Shown piece after piece: positions 41,231-52,321 of a stretch of DNA of 64,000 nt. Source of the DNA: Candidatus Multivoradales bacterium (GTDB taxonomy: Bacteria; Acidobacteriota; Thermoanaerobaculia; Multivoradales; JAHEKO01). The translations under genes were made by a program, and so were the position numbers. Where the stretch lies: positions 1,056,001 through 1,120,000 of the forward strand of contig CBDCVR010000015.1 in the NCBI GenBank assembly GCA_965223155.1. The letters are read 5' to 3'. The notes under the pieces are model-generated. The model was not told the origin of the DNA. It did not search any database and saw nothing but the letters and a program-made list of their open reading frames with translations. Each line of letters begins with the position of its first letter. Positions within the stretch are counted from its first letter, which is position 1.

Positions 41231-41833
41231 CTACCGGCTCTCGCCTTGGGCGCTGTCGTGGTCCTTGCCTTTGTCCTCGGCGTTGGCCTCAGCGGCGCGC
41301 CGGGTGTGCATTCCGACTACCAGAACCGGCTCGCCGTCGGCGTGCTCGGTCCACTGGCTGCGGAGCTCGTCGGGACCGACGATCTCGAGCCAGGCGGAGT
41401 GCATATGACGATCCCGCGCCGGATCGGCGATGTTGTCGCCGCCTTCGAAAGCGAACTCGATCTTGGGTCCGGACGGACTGGTGGCCCGCATCCTGGGCTG
41501 ATTGCCGGACATGCAGTAGTGGGTCAGAACGAGGTCGTCCCCGTCCCGGGTGTAGACGGTGAGCATCTCGTGCGGCGTGCCAGGGAAATTGGTTTCGACG
41601 ACCGCGTGCCCGGAGGCGGTGACCCGGAAACTCGAAACCAGATCCCCTTGCTTGACCATGTCGCCATCGGCGACGGCGTGCCAGTTGCCCTCGAGGGCGC
41701 GGAGGCTCGCCAGCGGGTCGTCGTCGCCGGCCCAAGTCGGTGCCGCCGCCACGAGCGCGACGGCGAGGGTCGTGCGGGCCAACCGGGCGGCCGGTGTCTT
41801 CAAGGCTCTAGCAAATCCGTTCATGAAGGTCAT
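41231..41833 (-). CDS. Secreted hypothetical protein (probable beta-barrel; THYC-xx-GNQP and HMH motifs)
   Basis: AAAGGAG RBS, signal peptide, LEGNW lipocalin-like start. Confidence 0.72.
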   Translation of the reverse strand: MTFMNGFARALKTPAARLARTTLAVALVAAAPTWAGDDDPLASLRALEGNWHAVADGDMVKQGDLVSSFRVTASGHAVVETNFPGTPHEMLTVYTRDGDDLVLTHYCMSGNQPRMRATSPSGPKIEFAFEGGDNIADPARDRHMHSAWLEIVGPDELRSQWTEHADGEPVLVVGMHTRRAAEANAEDKGKDHDSAQGESR

Positions 41834-41880
41834 GAGGGCTCCTTTTCGTTGCGGGCACGGAACTGTGCCCTCAGCTAGAA

Positions 41881-41907
41881 GTCGATCGAGGGTACGAAAA
41901 ATCGACA
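41881..41907 (-). promoter_or_regulatory. ECF42-type autoregulated promoter
   Basis: Minus strand TGTCGA-N17-CGAC, matching the ECF42 consensus as I recall it (-35 TGTCGA, -10 CG[A/T]C). Confidence 0.7.
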
Positions 41908-41991
41908 ATTCGAGGAAAACTTCTTGCGGAGCCAAGCTCCGGCTGTCCGACGGGGCGGAGATGCAAAGGTCTCCAGGAGCAAGGAAAGAGA

Positions 41992-42076
41992 TGGTGCCGA
42001 AGGTCGGACTCGAACCGACACGGGTTGCCCCACACGGCCCTCAACCGTGCGCGTCTACCAATTCCGCCACTTCGGC
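41992..42076 (-). tRNA. tRNA-Leu(GAG)
   Basis: 85-nt cloverleaf GCCGAAG...CTTCGGC-ACCA, anticodon arm CACGG-TTGAGGG-CCGTG, long variable arm; follows secG as is typical. Confidence 0.97.
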
Positions 42077-42107
42077 AGGTGTTGCAAAAGAACCTGGACG
42101 GTCGAGG

Positions 42108-42548
42108 CTAGGAGCCGTCACCGCCCGCGTCGTCTGAAGCCTGAGTGTCCTCGCTCGGGGTGTCGGAAGCCGGGGATGCCGGAGCCGCCGTGCCGTCCTC
42201 GGCGCTGTCGACCTCGGTTTGGGCCTCGGCTGCGGTGCCTTCCGCATCCGCTTCAGTGGCCTCAGTGGCCGCATCGGCCGGTGCCGCTGCCTCGACACCG
42301 CTCATGACCGAGCCGGCGGAGCCGCCGCTCTTCAAGAAGCCAATGGCGATGGTGGTGATGATGAAGCCGATGAAGGCTCCCACCGTCAGCCGGTGGAGAA
42401 GGCTGGTGGCGCTCCGGGCGCCGAAGGCGGTCTGGGTTCCCCCGCCGCCGAAAACCGACAGGTCGGCGCCGCTGCCCTGCTGGAGCAGGACCACCAGAAT
42501 CAGAAACAGGCAAATCAGAACGTGAACCGTGTACAGGATGTAGAGCAT
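42108..42548 (-). CDS. secG: Preprotein translocase subunit SecG
   Basis: VVLLQQGSGAD..FGGGG.Q..FG, two TMs, acidic tail; after tpiA. Confidence 0.93.
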   Translation of the reverse strand: MLYILYTVHVLICLFLILVVLLQQGSGADLSVFGGGGTQTAFGARSATSLLHRLTVGAFIGFIITTIAIGFLKSGGSAGSVMSGVEAAAPADAATEATEADAEGTAAEAQTEVDSAEDGTAAPASPASDTPSEDTQASDDAGGDGS

Positions 42549-42567
42549 GGCTGTCTTCCCGCGACCG

Positions 42568-43323
42568 TTACGAGTCGCAACAGCGGATGATAGCCGAGAA
42601 TCGCTCCGGGTCAAGGCTTGCGCCCCCAACCAGGAAGCCGTCGATGTCCGGCTGGTCGAAGAGCTCGGCGGCGTTATCCGGGTTGACCGAGCCGCCGTAG
42701 AGGATCCTCTTGCTCGAGGCGAGGTGGTCGCCGACGAGATCCGCCAGGCTATTGCGCAAGAAGCGGTGCGCCTCCTGGGCGATCTCTGGGGTCGCGGTCT
42801 GGCCCGTGCCGATGGCCCAGACCGGCTCGTAGGCCAGGGCGAAGACCTCGGGCCGCGAGGCGAGGCCGGCTTCGAGCTGCGCGGCCAGGACGTCAAGGGT
42901 GCGGCTCGAAGCGCGCTCGTCCTCGGTCTCCCCGACGCACAGCATCGGCACCAGGCCGGCGGCGGTGGCGGCTTCGACCTTCTTGGCGACGAGTCCGTCG
43001 GCTTCGCCGTGATCGTGCCGGCGCTCGCTATGGCCGCACAGGACCCAGCGACAGCCGGCGTCGAGGAGCTGGGCGGCGGCAACGTCGCCGGTGTGCGCCC
43101 CGTGGGTCGCCGGATGAAGGTCCTGGCCGCCGGTCTCGACCCCAGAGCCCGCCAGGGCTTCGGCGACGGTCGCGAGCAGCGGATGGGAGGGAAACAAGAC
43201 CACCTGGGCCGAGGCCTCTGCGACCGCCGGGGCAAAGGCTCGACAGTACTGGCTCGCCTCCTCGCGGATCTTGTGCATCTTCCAGTTGCCGCCCACCAGC
43301 GGCCGGCGTTGGTCTTGGCTCAT
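42568..43323 (-). CDS. tpiA: Triosephosphate isomerase
   Basis: GNWKM, GHSERR, AYEPVWAIGTG, YGGSV, LVGGASL. Confidence 0.97.
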   Translation of the reverse strand: MSQDQRRPLVGGNWKMHKIREEASQYCRAFAPAVAEASAQVVLFPSHPLLATVAEALAGSGVETGGQDLHPATHGAHTGDVAAAQLLDAGCRWVLCGHSERRHDHGEADGLVAKKVEAATAAGLVPMLCVGETEDERASSRTLDVLAAQLEAGLASRPEVFALAYEPVWAIGTGQTATPEIAQEAHRFLRNSLADLVGDHLASSKRILYGGSVNPDNAAELFDQPDIDGFLVGGASLDPERFSAIIRCCDS

Positions 43324-44522
43324 GAAGGGTCCTCCAGGGCGAGTACGCCCGGCAGTTGCTTGCCGGCCAGAAGTTCGAGAGCGGCTCCGCCGCCGGTCGA
43401 AACGTGGCCGATGCGCTCGGCGACTCCGGCCCGGCGCGTGGCGGCGACCGTCTCGCCGCCGCCGATGACCGACCAGGCCGGCGAGGCGGCCACGGCGGCG
43501 GCGACCGCAATGGTGCCGGTGTCGAAAGGCGGTTTCTCGAAAACCCCCAATGGGCCATTCCAGAACACCGTGCGCGCGCCTTCCAGGAGTCCGGCAATGG
43601 CGCCGGTCGAGGCCGCGCCCAGGTCCACCGCGCTGGTGCGGGGCGGAACCTCGGAAGCGGGCACGGCGTCGATCGAACGCGGATGCTCGAGATCGTCGGT
43701 GACGACGAGATCGATCGGCAGAAGGAGGTCGGTGCCAGCCTTTTCCGCCTGTCCGATGAGCTCGGCGGCGAGATCCAGCCGGTCGTGCTCGACCAGCGAA
43801 TCGGCGAGATCGAACCCCTGGGCGGCCAGAAACGTGTTGGCCATACCGCCTCCCAGAGCGAGCGCGTCCAGGCGGTCCACGAGATGGCGCAAGGTGTCGA
43901 TCTTGCCTTCGATCTTGGCCCCGCCGACGATGCCGAGGAAGGGCCGCTCGGGAGCATCCAGGAGGTGTCCGAGCGCCTCGAGCTCACGCTCCAGCAGCCG
44001 ACCGGCGGCCTTGCGGCTCATCCGCTGCGGCACGCCGGCAACCGAGGCGTGGGCGCGATGGGCGGTGCCGAAAGCGTCGTTGACGTAGACCTCGCCGAAG
44101 CCGGCCAGGGCGGCGGCGAACTCGGGCTGGTTGGCCTTCTCGCCGGGATGGAAACGCAGGTTCTCGAGCATCGCGACCCGACCCGGGCCGCTACCGGCCG
44201 TCGCGTCGGCCGCCGGGCCGCCGCCGTCGGTCTCCGGCAGGGGCAGGAGGGGTACTTCCACGTCCAGGATCGCCGCCAGGTGACGGGCCACGGGCTCGAG
44301 GCTCAGAGTCGGTTCCGGCACTCCCTTGGGCCGGCCGCAGTGGGACATCAGAACCAGGCTGGCGCCGCGGCGGCGCAGCTCTTTCAGGGTCGGCAAGGCG
44401 GCGCGGATTCGGGTGTCGTCGGCGACGCGGCCGCCTTCGAGGGGTACGTTGAAGTCAACGCGAACCAGGACCCGGCTGCCCTCGAGAGGGCCCAGCTCGT
44501 CCAGGGTGGGCAATCGAGTCAT
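43320..44522 (-). CDS. pgk: Phosphoglycerate kinase
   Basis: RVDFNVP, LENLRF, DAFGTAHRAH, GGAK, WNGPLGVFE, HVSTGGGA. Confidence 0.97.
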   Translation of the reverse strand: MTRLPTLDELGPLEGSRVLVRVDFNVPLEGGRVADDTRIRAALPTLKELRRRGASLVLMSHCGRPKGVPEPTLSLEPVARHLAAILDVEVPLLPLPETDGGGPAADATAGSGPGRVAMLENLRFHPGEKANQPEFAAALAGFGEVYVNDAFGTAHRAHASVAGVPQRMSRKAAGRLLERELEALGHLLDAPERPFLGIVGGAKIEGKIDTLRHLVDRLDALALGGGMANTFLAAQGFDLADSLVEHDRLDLAAELIGQAEKAGTDLLLPIDLVVTDDLEHPRSIDAVPASEVPPRTSAVDLGAASTGAIAGLLEGARTVFWNGPLGVFEKPPFDTGTIAVAAAVAASPAWSVIGGGETVAATRRAGVAERIGHVSTGGGAALELLAGKQLPGVLALEDPS

Positions 44523-45547
44523 CAAAGTCCTTTCTTCGCCAGGAAGGTCAGAAGATCCGCAAGCCGGGCGGCGTGGCCCCACTCGTTGTCGTACCAGGCG
44601 ACGATCCGGTAGAGCGAGCCGCCGACCTGCTGAAATAGGGACAGATCGACGATCGCCGAGTGCGGGTCGCCCAGAAAGTCCGAGGATACGACCGGCTCTT
44701 CGGTGACCGCAAGGATCCCCTGGAGCGAGCCTGAGGCTTCCTGGGTGAAGCAGGCGCGAAGGTCGTGTACCGTCGGCTCGCGCCGGAGCTCGACCATCAG
44801 GTCGATGAGCGAGACGTTCGGCGTCGGCACCCGTACCGCCAGCCCGGCGAGCCGCCCGGTAAGCGTCGGCAGTACTCGTTCGATCGCCTCGACGGCGCTG
44901 GTCGTGGTCGGAATCATGTTGAGGGCGGCCGCCCGGGCGCGCCGGGGATCCCGGTGCGGTGACTCCAGCAGGCGCTGGTCGTTGTTGTAGCTGTGGACCG
45001 TATTGAGCATGCCGCGCTCGATGCCGAACTCCCGGTCCAGGAGCATGGCCACCGGGGCCAGGCAGTTCGTGGTGCAGGAAGCGGCGCTCAAGAGATGGTG
45101 GCGGGCGGGCTCGTAGTCGTCGTGATTGATGCCATAGCAGAGCGTGGCGTCGAGCTCGGCGGCATTGGCCGAGACCAGGACCTTCGCCACGCCGCCGCGC
45201 CGGTGCGCTTGGGCGCACTCCCGGGAGAGGCAGCGGCCGGTGGCGTCGACGACCACCTGCGCTTCGGTCTCTTGCCAGGGAATGCGACCCGGTTCGGCCT
45301 CGGCGAAGCAGCGAACGCTCCGGCCCTGGATCGTGAGCTCGGTGGCGGAGGCCGAAATTTCACTTCCGAGTGGCCCGTGCAGGGTGTCGCGGCGCAGCAA
45401 GGGCGCGAGCTGGTCGGGCGGGGCGATGTCGTTGGCGGCGACGAGCTGGAGGTCCGGCTGCTCGAGCGCGATCCGAACCAGAGCTCGACCGATGCGACCC
45501 AGGCCGTTGATGGCGAAGGCGAGGGGCGGCTGAAACGAGGCGGACAT
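44522..45547 (-). CDS. gap: Type I glyceraldehyde-3-phosphate dehydrogenase
   Basis: INGLGRIGR, ASCTTNCLAP, RVPTPNVS, WYDNEWG. Confidence 0.92.
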   Translation of the reverse strand: MSASFQPPLAFAINGLGRIGRALVRIALEQPDLQLVAANDIAPPDQLAPLLRRDTLHGPLGSEISASATELTIQGRSVRCFAEAEPGRIPWQETEAQVVVDATGRCLSRECAQAHRRGGVAKVLVSANAAELDATLCYGINHDDYEPARHHLLSAASCTTNCLAPVAMLLDREFGIERGMLNTVHSYNNDQRLLESPHRDPRRARAAALNMIPTTTSAVEAIERVLPTLTGRLAGLAVRVPTPNVSLIDLMVELRREPTVHDLRACFTQEASGSLQGILAVTEEPVVSSDFLGDPHSAIVDLSLFQQVGGSLYRIVAWYDNEWGHAARLADLLTFLAKKGL

Positions 45548-45674
45548 TGGAGCTTGCGGGTGCGGTGGGGTGGAAAGCCGGTGCCGAGCCGCAGCTCCGC
45601 TCCGGGGCGCGAGTCTATCCTTTCGGTTCTCATCGCCGGCCGCCTTCCAGGGGTCCGGATCGGTAGAATTCCCC

Positions 45675-46787
45675 ATGGTCCGAGGCGCTCCACAGTTGGT
45701 GCTAGGCATCGAAACCTCGTGCGACGAGACCGCATGCGCCCTGGTCGACACCGACGGCCGGGTGCGCTCGTCGGTGGTCTCGAGCCAGCTCGCCGCCCAC
45801 CGGCCCTTCGGCGGCGTCGTGCCCGAGATCGCGTCCCGCGAGCATTTGCGGCACTGGCCGGAGGTGCTTGAGGAGGCGTTGGCCGCGGCCGGGCTCGACC
45901 TCGAGGCGATGGCAGCGGTGGCGGCGACCCGCGGACCCGGGCTGGTTGGCTCACTCCTCGTCGGCTTGTCGCTCGGCAAGGCGCTTGCGCGCGGACTCGA
46001 ACGTCCGTTCTACGGCATTCATCACCTGGAGGGCCATCTCGTCTCTCCGTATCTGGAAAGCGCCGGACAACCCTCGCGGGGTGTGCCGGCGAGGTTCGTC
46101 GCTCTGGTGGTCTCGGGGGGCCACACGGCGCTCTACGAGGTCGACAGGGACCGGATCCGGACCGTGGCCCAGACTCGGGACGACGCCATCGGCGAGGTCT
46201 TCGACAAGGTGGGAAAGCACCTGGGCCTGTTGTATCCGCAGGGTCCCCGAGTGGACGAGCTGGCCGAGGCGGGAACTGCCGAACCTGGGCGGTTCGCCAT
46301 CGCACGATGCAGCGACGGCAGTCTGGACTTTTCGTATTCAGGACTCAAGACCGAGACCATGCGCGCGCTCGACGCCCTGCCGGGTCGAGATTCCGGGGTC
46401 GCGGACGACTCGATGCCGGTGGACGAGCGCGTGGCCTTGCCCGCGGTGCGCGACGTCCTGGCGTCCTTCCGGGCGGCCGCGGTCGAACAGGTCCTGGACC
46501 GTCTCGAGCGTCTCTGGCGGCAGCGGCCATTCGAGGAGCTTTCGGTCTCTGGCGGCGCTGCCGCGAACCGGCTGCTGAGGCGCCGGCTTCCGGCTTGGGC
46601 CGAAGCCAAGGGCGTGCGCCTGGCCCTGGTCGAGTTGGGGCTGTCTGGAGACAACGCCGCCATGATCGCCTTTGCCGGCGCTCGCCGCCTGGCCCGGGGC
46701 CAGGCGGCCGATCCACTCACGCTCGAGGCGGCGAGCCGCCTGGCTCTGGACCGCCCGCCTGGCAACCTTTCATCTGGTTCTTCATGA
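45675..46787 (+). CDS. tsaD: tRNA threonylcarbamoyltransferase TsaD
   Basis: LGIETSCDET, GGVVPEIASREH, HHLEGH, VSGGHT, DFSYSGLKT, DNAAMIA. Confidence 0.96.
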   Translation: MVRGAPQLVLGIETSCDETACALVDTDGRVRSSVVSSQLAAHRPFGGVVPEIASREHLRHWPEVLEEALAAAGLDLEAMAAVAATRGPGLVGSLLVGLSLGKALARGLERPFYGIHHLEGHLVSPYLESAGQPSRGVPARFVALVVSGGHTALYEVDRDRIRTVAQTRDDAIGEVFDKVGKHLGLLYPQGPRVDELAEAGTAEPGRFAIARCSDGSLDFSYSGLKTETMRALDALPGRDSGVADDSMPVDERVALPAVRDVLASFRAAAVEQVLDRLERLWRQRPFEELSVSGGAAANRLLRRRLPAWAEAKGVRLALVELGLSGDNAAMIAFAGARRLARGQAADPLTLEAASRLALDRPPGNLSSGSS

Positions 46788-46858
46788 CGGCTGGTACTCC
46801 ATGACGGCGGCTGGTCCATGCCGTCCCGGGTCCAGCGGGGACTGCTAGATTGCCGGAC

Positions 46859-49257
46859 GTGAAGCGCTCGCTGGTTCGGTTTCTGGGGTTGGCCGCGGTC
46901 CTGGCAGGTCCGGCCGCCGCCGTCGCGGAGACGGGAGACGCGGCCTGGCTCACTGAGTACCGGACGATTCAGGCTTGGGCGCCGGCCGACGTTGCCCTGG
47001 CCGTGGGCGGTACGGAGTCCGGATGCGCCGAGGCCGGCTGGGAGCTTGGCGGAGCGAGTATCTCGCTGGCCTCCGGCTCGGTACGGCCGCTTGCGGCCAC
47101 CTCCACGGGCGCGGCAACCGGGCTCTACTTCGCCGGCGAGGGCACCCTGGCCGTGGCCATCGACAGCCGCCAAGAGCTGGTCCAGCTCCGGCGCTTTCTG
47201 GAAGACCCCGCGGCCGAGGGCCTGGAGCTCGCCTTCACCAAGCTCGTCCTGCGCGCTCCGCCGGCCAGGGTGCGAAGCTTCCTCGCCGCCTGCGCCCCGG
47301 GCGAGCCCGCCTCGTCGCCGGCGCCCAAGGCGGCGCGGCAGGACATCCAGGATCGGCACAATCACTGGCTTCGGATTCGCCGCTACGACGCCGACGCTCG
47401 CATCCTACGCGCGATGGCGAACGGTGAGACCGGATACCTACGCGTCGATTTCCTGACCGCGAAGCACGGCTGGGTGACCCTGGATTTCGACTCCGAGCGC
47501 TGGGAGGAGCTCCAAGTCGAGGTCTTTCGCTCGAAGAAGGCGATGGTCGAACGCTGGCTGGCCCTCGACGTCGAACCGGACGCCGCCCGTCTGGGCCGGG
47601 CCGGGCTGGAGCACGTCGACGTCGAAGCCTCGCTCCTCAAGCTGGGCAAGGATCCTGGCGGCGGCGCCACCGGCCGCTATCGCCTGCTAGGCGAGTACCG
47701 GGCACGGCTCCGGCTGCGACCCGAGGGCGGACGCGCCGCGGCGCTTCAGCTCTACCTGGGGTCGTGGGCGCGGGTGGTGTCGGTCGAAGACTCGCGGGGC
47801 CGCGAGCTCGGCTTCCTGCGCTACCCGATCGGCGAGCGCCACCGGAGCGTCGATAACCGAATCCACGATTCTTCGCTGGTGGTGCTGCTGGAACAACCGC
47901 TGGAGGGAACCGAGGTGGTTGAGCTGGTCGTCAGCTACGAGCTCGAGACCGCCAACTTCGCTCCCGGGCGGGGCTGGTATCCCGTGGGCGACACCCTGGA
48001 GCGTGGGGTGTCGAACCGGCATACGGCGCGCATGCGGATCACGGCTCGGGACGAATACGACATCCTGGCCATGGGCCGCAGACTCGAGGAGTCCGAATCG
48101 GAGGGCTTGCGCACGGCGGTCTGGACCGTCGAGGTCCCGGTCAAGATGGTGACCTTCACCATCACCCGCCGCAAGATCGAGCGCATCCTGGAAGCCAAGA
48201 CCGAAGGCGTTCCCGACGTCGTGGTCTTCGCGCCGCCCGTGGGACACGACACCGAGGCTCGCCTCGAAGCGCTGGGCGCCGACGTCTTGAACTCGATCCA
48301 CTTCTTCCAGGAGCTTTACGCCGAGCCACTGGCGGTCGACCGGCTGCACGCCACCCTGATCGAGGCCGGCCACGGCCAGGCCTTTGACGGCTTCCTCCAT
48401 CTCGCCGACAGCAGTGCCTGGCGCTCGGGCGAGACTGGAACCGCGGAGCTCTTTCTCGCCCACGAGGTCGCCCACGAGTGGTGGGGCCACCTAGTCGGCT
48501 GGACGAGCTACCGAGATCAGTGGCTGAGCGAGGGGTTCGCCGAGTACGCGGCGATGATGTTCGTCGAGGCCAGCCTCGAGAAGGGAGACAAGATCTTCGA
48601 GGACGTCGTCAAGGCCTACGTGGACGAGCTGACCGGCTCCCTGGAGTCGGCGATGAGCGGATTCACCAGCCGCGAGCGCGCGCTGGGCAACAAGGTGGCG
48701 CTGGCGCGCATCGGTCCCATCGGCCATGGCTACCGGGCGGCGACCTCGGAAGCGCCGGGCGCCTACGTCACCCAGACCTATCGCAAGGGCGCGCTGGTCG
48801 TGCACATGCTGCGCGAGCTTCTGTCCTTCTTGCCGGGCGGGGACGAGATCTTCGTGGCCATCTTGCGGGACTTCATCGACGCCCACAAGGGCTCGGCGGC
48901 CTCGACCGCGGACCTCGAGGCGGCGGTCGAGCGCCACGCGCCTTCGGAATGGGCCTGGTTCTTCGAACAATGGGTCCGGCGCTCGGAGATCCCGGTGTTT
49001 AGGTGGCGGGCGAAGATCGCCGACCGCGCCGACGAGGAGGGAAACTTCCCAGTCGAGCTCACCGTGCGCCAGGAACGAACCGCCGAAGACTTCACCATGT
49101 ATGTGCCGGTCGAGGCCCAGTTCGGCAAGAAGGCCTCGGCACGGGTTCTGGTCAAGACCATACCGGGCGAGCAAACCCTTCGGTTGTCGTTTCCGCGCAA
49201 GCCGCGTAGGGTGGTCTTCAATCCCAAGTCGGCCATCCTGGCCAAGACCGAAAAGTT

Positions 49258-49261
<4 letters not shown>
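46859..49261 (+). CDS. Secreted M1-family (gluzincin) metallopeptidase
   Basis: Signal peptide, AHEVAHEWWG...WLSEGFAEY, YRKGALVVHML. Confidence 0.85.
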
Positions 49262-51021
<1,760 letters not shown>

Positions 51022-51034
51022 GCGAGCGCTCGAG

Positions 51035-52102
51035 CTAGGCGCCGAGCGCCGCTTCCACGTCGGGGCGATCGATGACGACGGCGCCGTTGACGGCAAAGCG
51101 GTCAGGCTCGAACTCGTAACGACGCAGGACGCGGCCAAAAACGTCCTTGAGCGCCCGCGCTCCCAGGCGCGGCTCGCGGGCCGCGGCCTCGGCGACGGCG
51201 CGAGCCGCCTCGGGCGAGAGCACCAGCTCGGCCCCGAGAGCCGCGAAGAACTTCCGGGCTCGGCCGAGGGGCGAATCGGATGAGCTCAGAAAGATCTTTA
51301 GGAGCTCGTCGGGTCCCAGGTCTTCGAGCACCACCGTGGCGTCGAAGCGTGACAGGAACTGGGGCGTCATGCCGTAGGCGAAGAGATCGCGGCTCGATAG
51401 CCAATCTCGCAGCGAGAACCGCGTCTCCTCGCGCACCTGGCTCTCGCCCAGCACGGTCACGGGTTGCAGCGCGCCCCGGTTCTCGCCCACGGTGACCCGG
51501 TCGTAGACCGCGTCGTAGAGGCCCTCGAAGGCGCCGGCGCCCACGAACAGGATGCCGCGTGTGTCGAGCTCCACCCGGCCGCCCAGCTCGGCGCCCAGAT
51601 CGACCGGCAGCCGCTCGTTCTCCATGACCGTCAGCAGCGCTTCCTGGGCGCGGATGCCGGCCACGTTGGGCTCCTCGCCCACGTGCCCGCGGATCTTGTC
51701 GATCTCGTCCACGAAGACGATGCCATGGCGCAAGCGGCCGAGGACGGCGTCTCGGTCCGCGCCCGGGCCGAGCGCACGGCGGGCGCGCTCCAGAAGGCGG
51801 CGCAAGAGCCGTTCTCCGGGATCTCCCAGCGCCGCTTCCTGGGCCAGGATGTTGGCGTGGACGCGCACCAGGGTGGCCCGGTCGCGCAGGCTCTCGTGCT
51901 CTTCGAGGAAGGCCTCGACCGCCCGCATCAGGGTGGTCTTGCCGGTTCCCGACGAGCCGATCAGAAGCACGTTGCCCGAGTCCAATCCGGCCAGCTTTTT
52001 GGCCAGCGCGATCGAGACCTCGCGCACCGCCGCCGGCTGGCCGAACACACGGCGCTCGAGCTCGGCGGCGATCTGGCGCGGCGACGGCAGGGACTGCGAC
52101 AC
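51035..52102 (-). CDS. Divergent ClpX-like AAA+ ATPase without zinc-binding domain
   Basis: VFGQ, NVLLIGSSGTGKT, GIVFVDEIDKI, QEALL, GAFEGL, GMTPQFLSRF, LGARAL. Confidence 0.82.
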   Translation of the reverse strand: MSQSLPSPRQIAAELERRVFGQPAAVREVSIALAKKLAGLDSGNVLLIGSSGTGKTTLMRAVEAFLEEHESLRDRATLVRVHANILAQEAALGDPGERLLRRLLERARRALGPGADRDAVLGRLRHGIVFVDEIDKIRGHVGEEPNVAGIRAQEALLTVMENERLPVDLGAELGGRVELDTRGILFVGAGAFEGLYDAVYDRVTVGENRGALQPVTVLGESQVREETRFSLRDWLSSRDLFAYGMTPQFLSRFDATVVLEDLGPDELLKIFLSSSDSPLGRARKFFAALGAELVLSPEAARAVAEAAAREPRLGARALKDVFGRVLRRYEFEPDRFAVNGAVVIDRPDVEAALGA

Positions 52103-52321
52103 GGGAGGCCAGCCTACAGAACCGGGCCGGATCGTGCCAGGCTCGCGGACGGGCTCGGGAGTCTTCCTGGGCGCGGCAGCCCGCGGAACCGCCGGGCCCG
52201 GGCTCCGGGTAGGCCAGGTCCCGTCTCCCAGGGTGTGGGATCCGGGCTCCGGCCGCGTTAGGATCGGCGGCCCGCCCGTGGTTTGCACGGGCCTGGGGAG
52301 TTTTGTCCGAGGATTGTGCCC

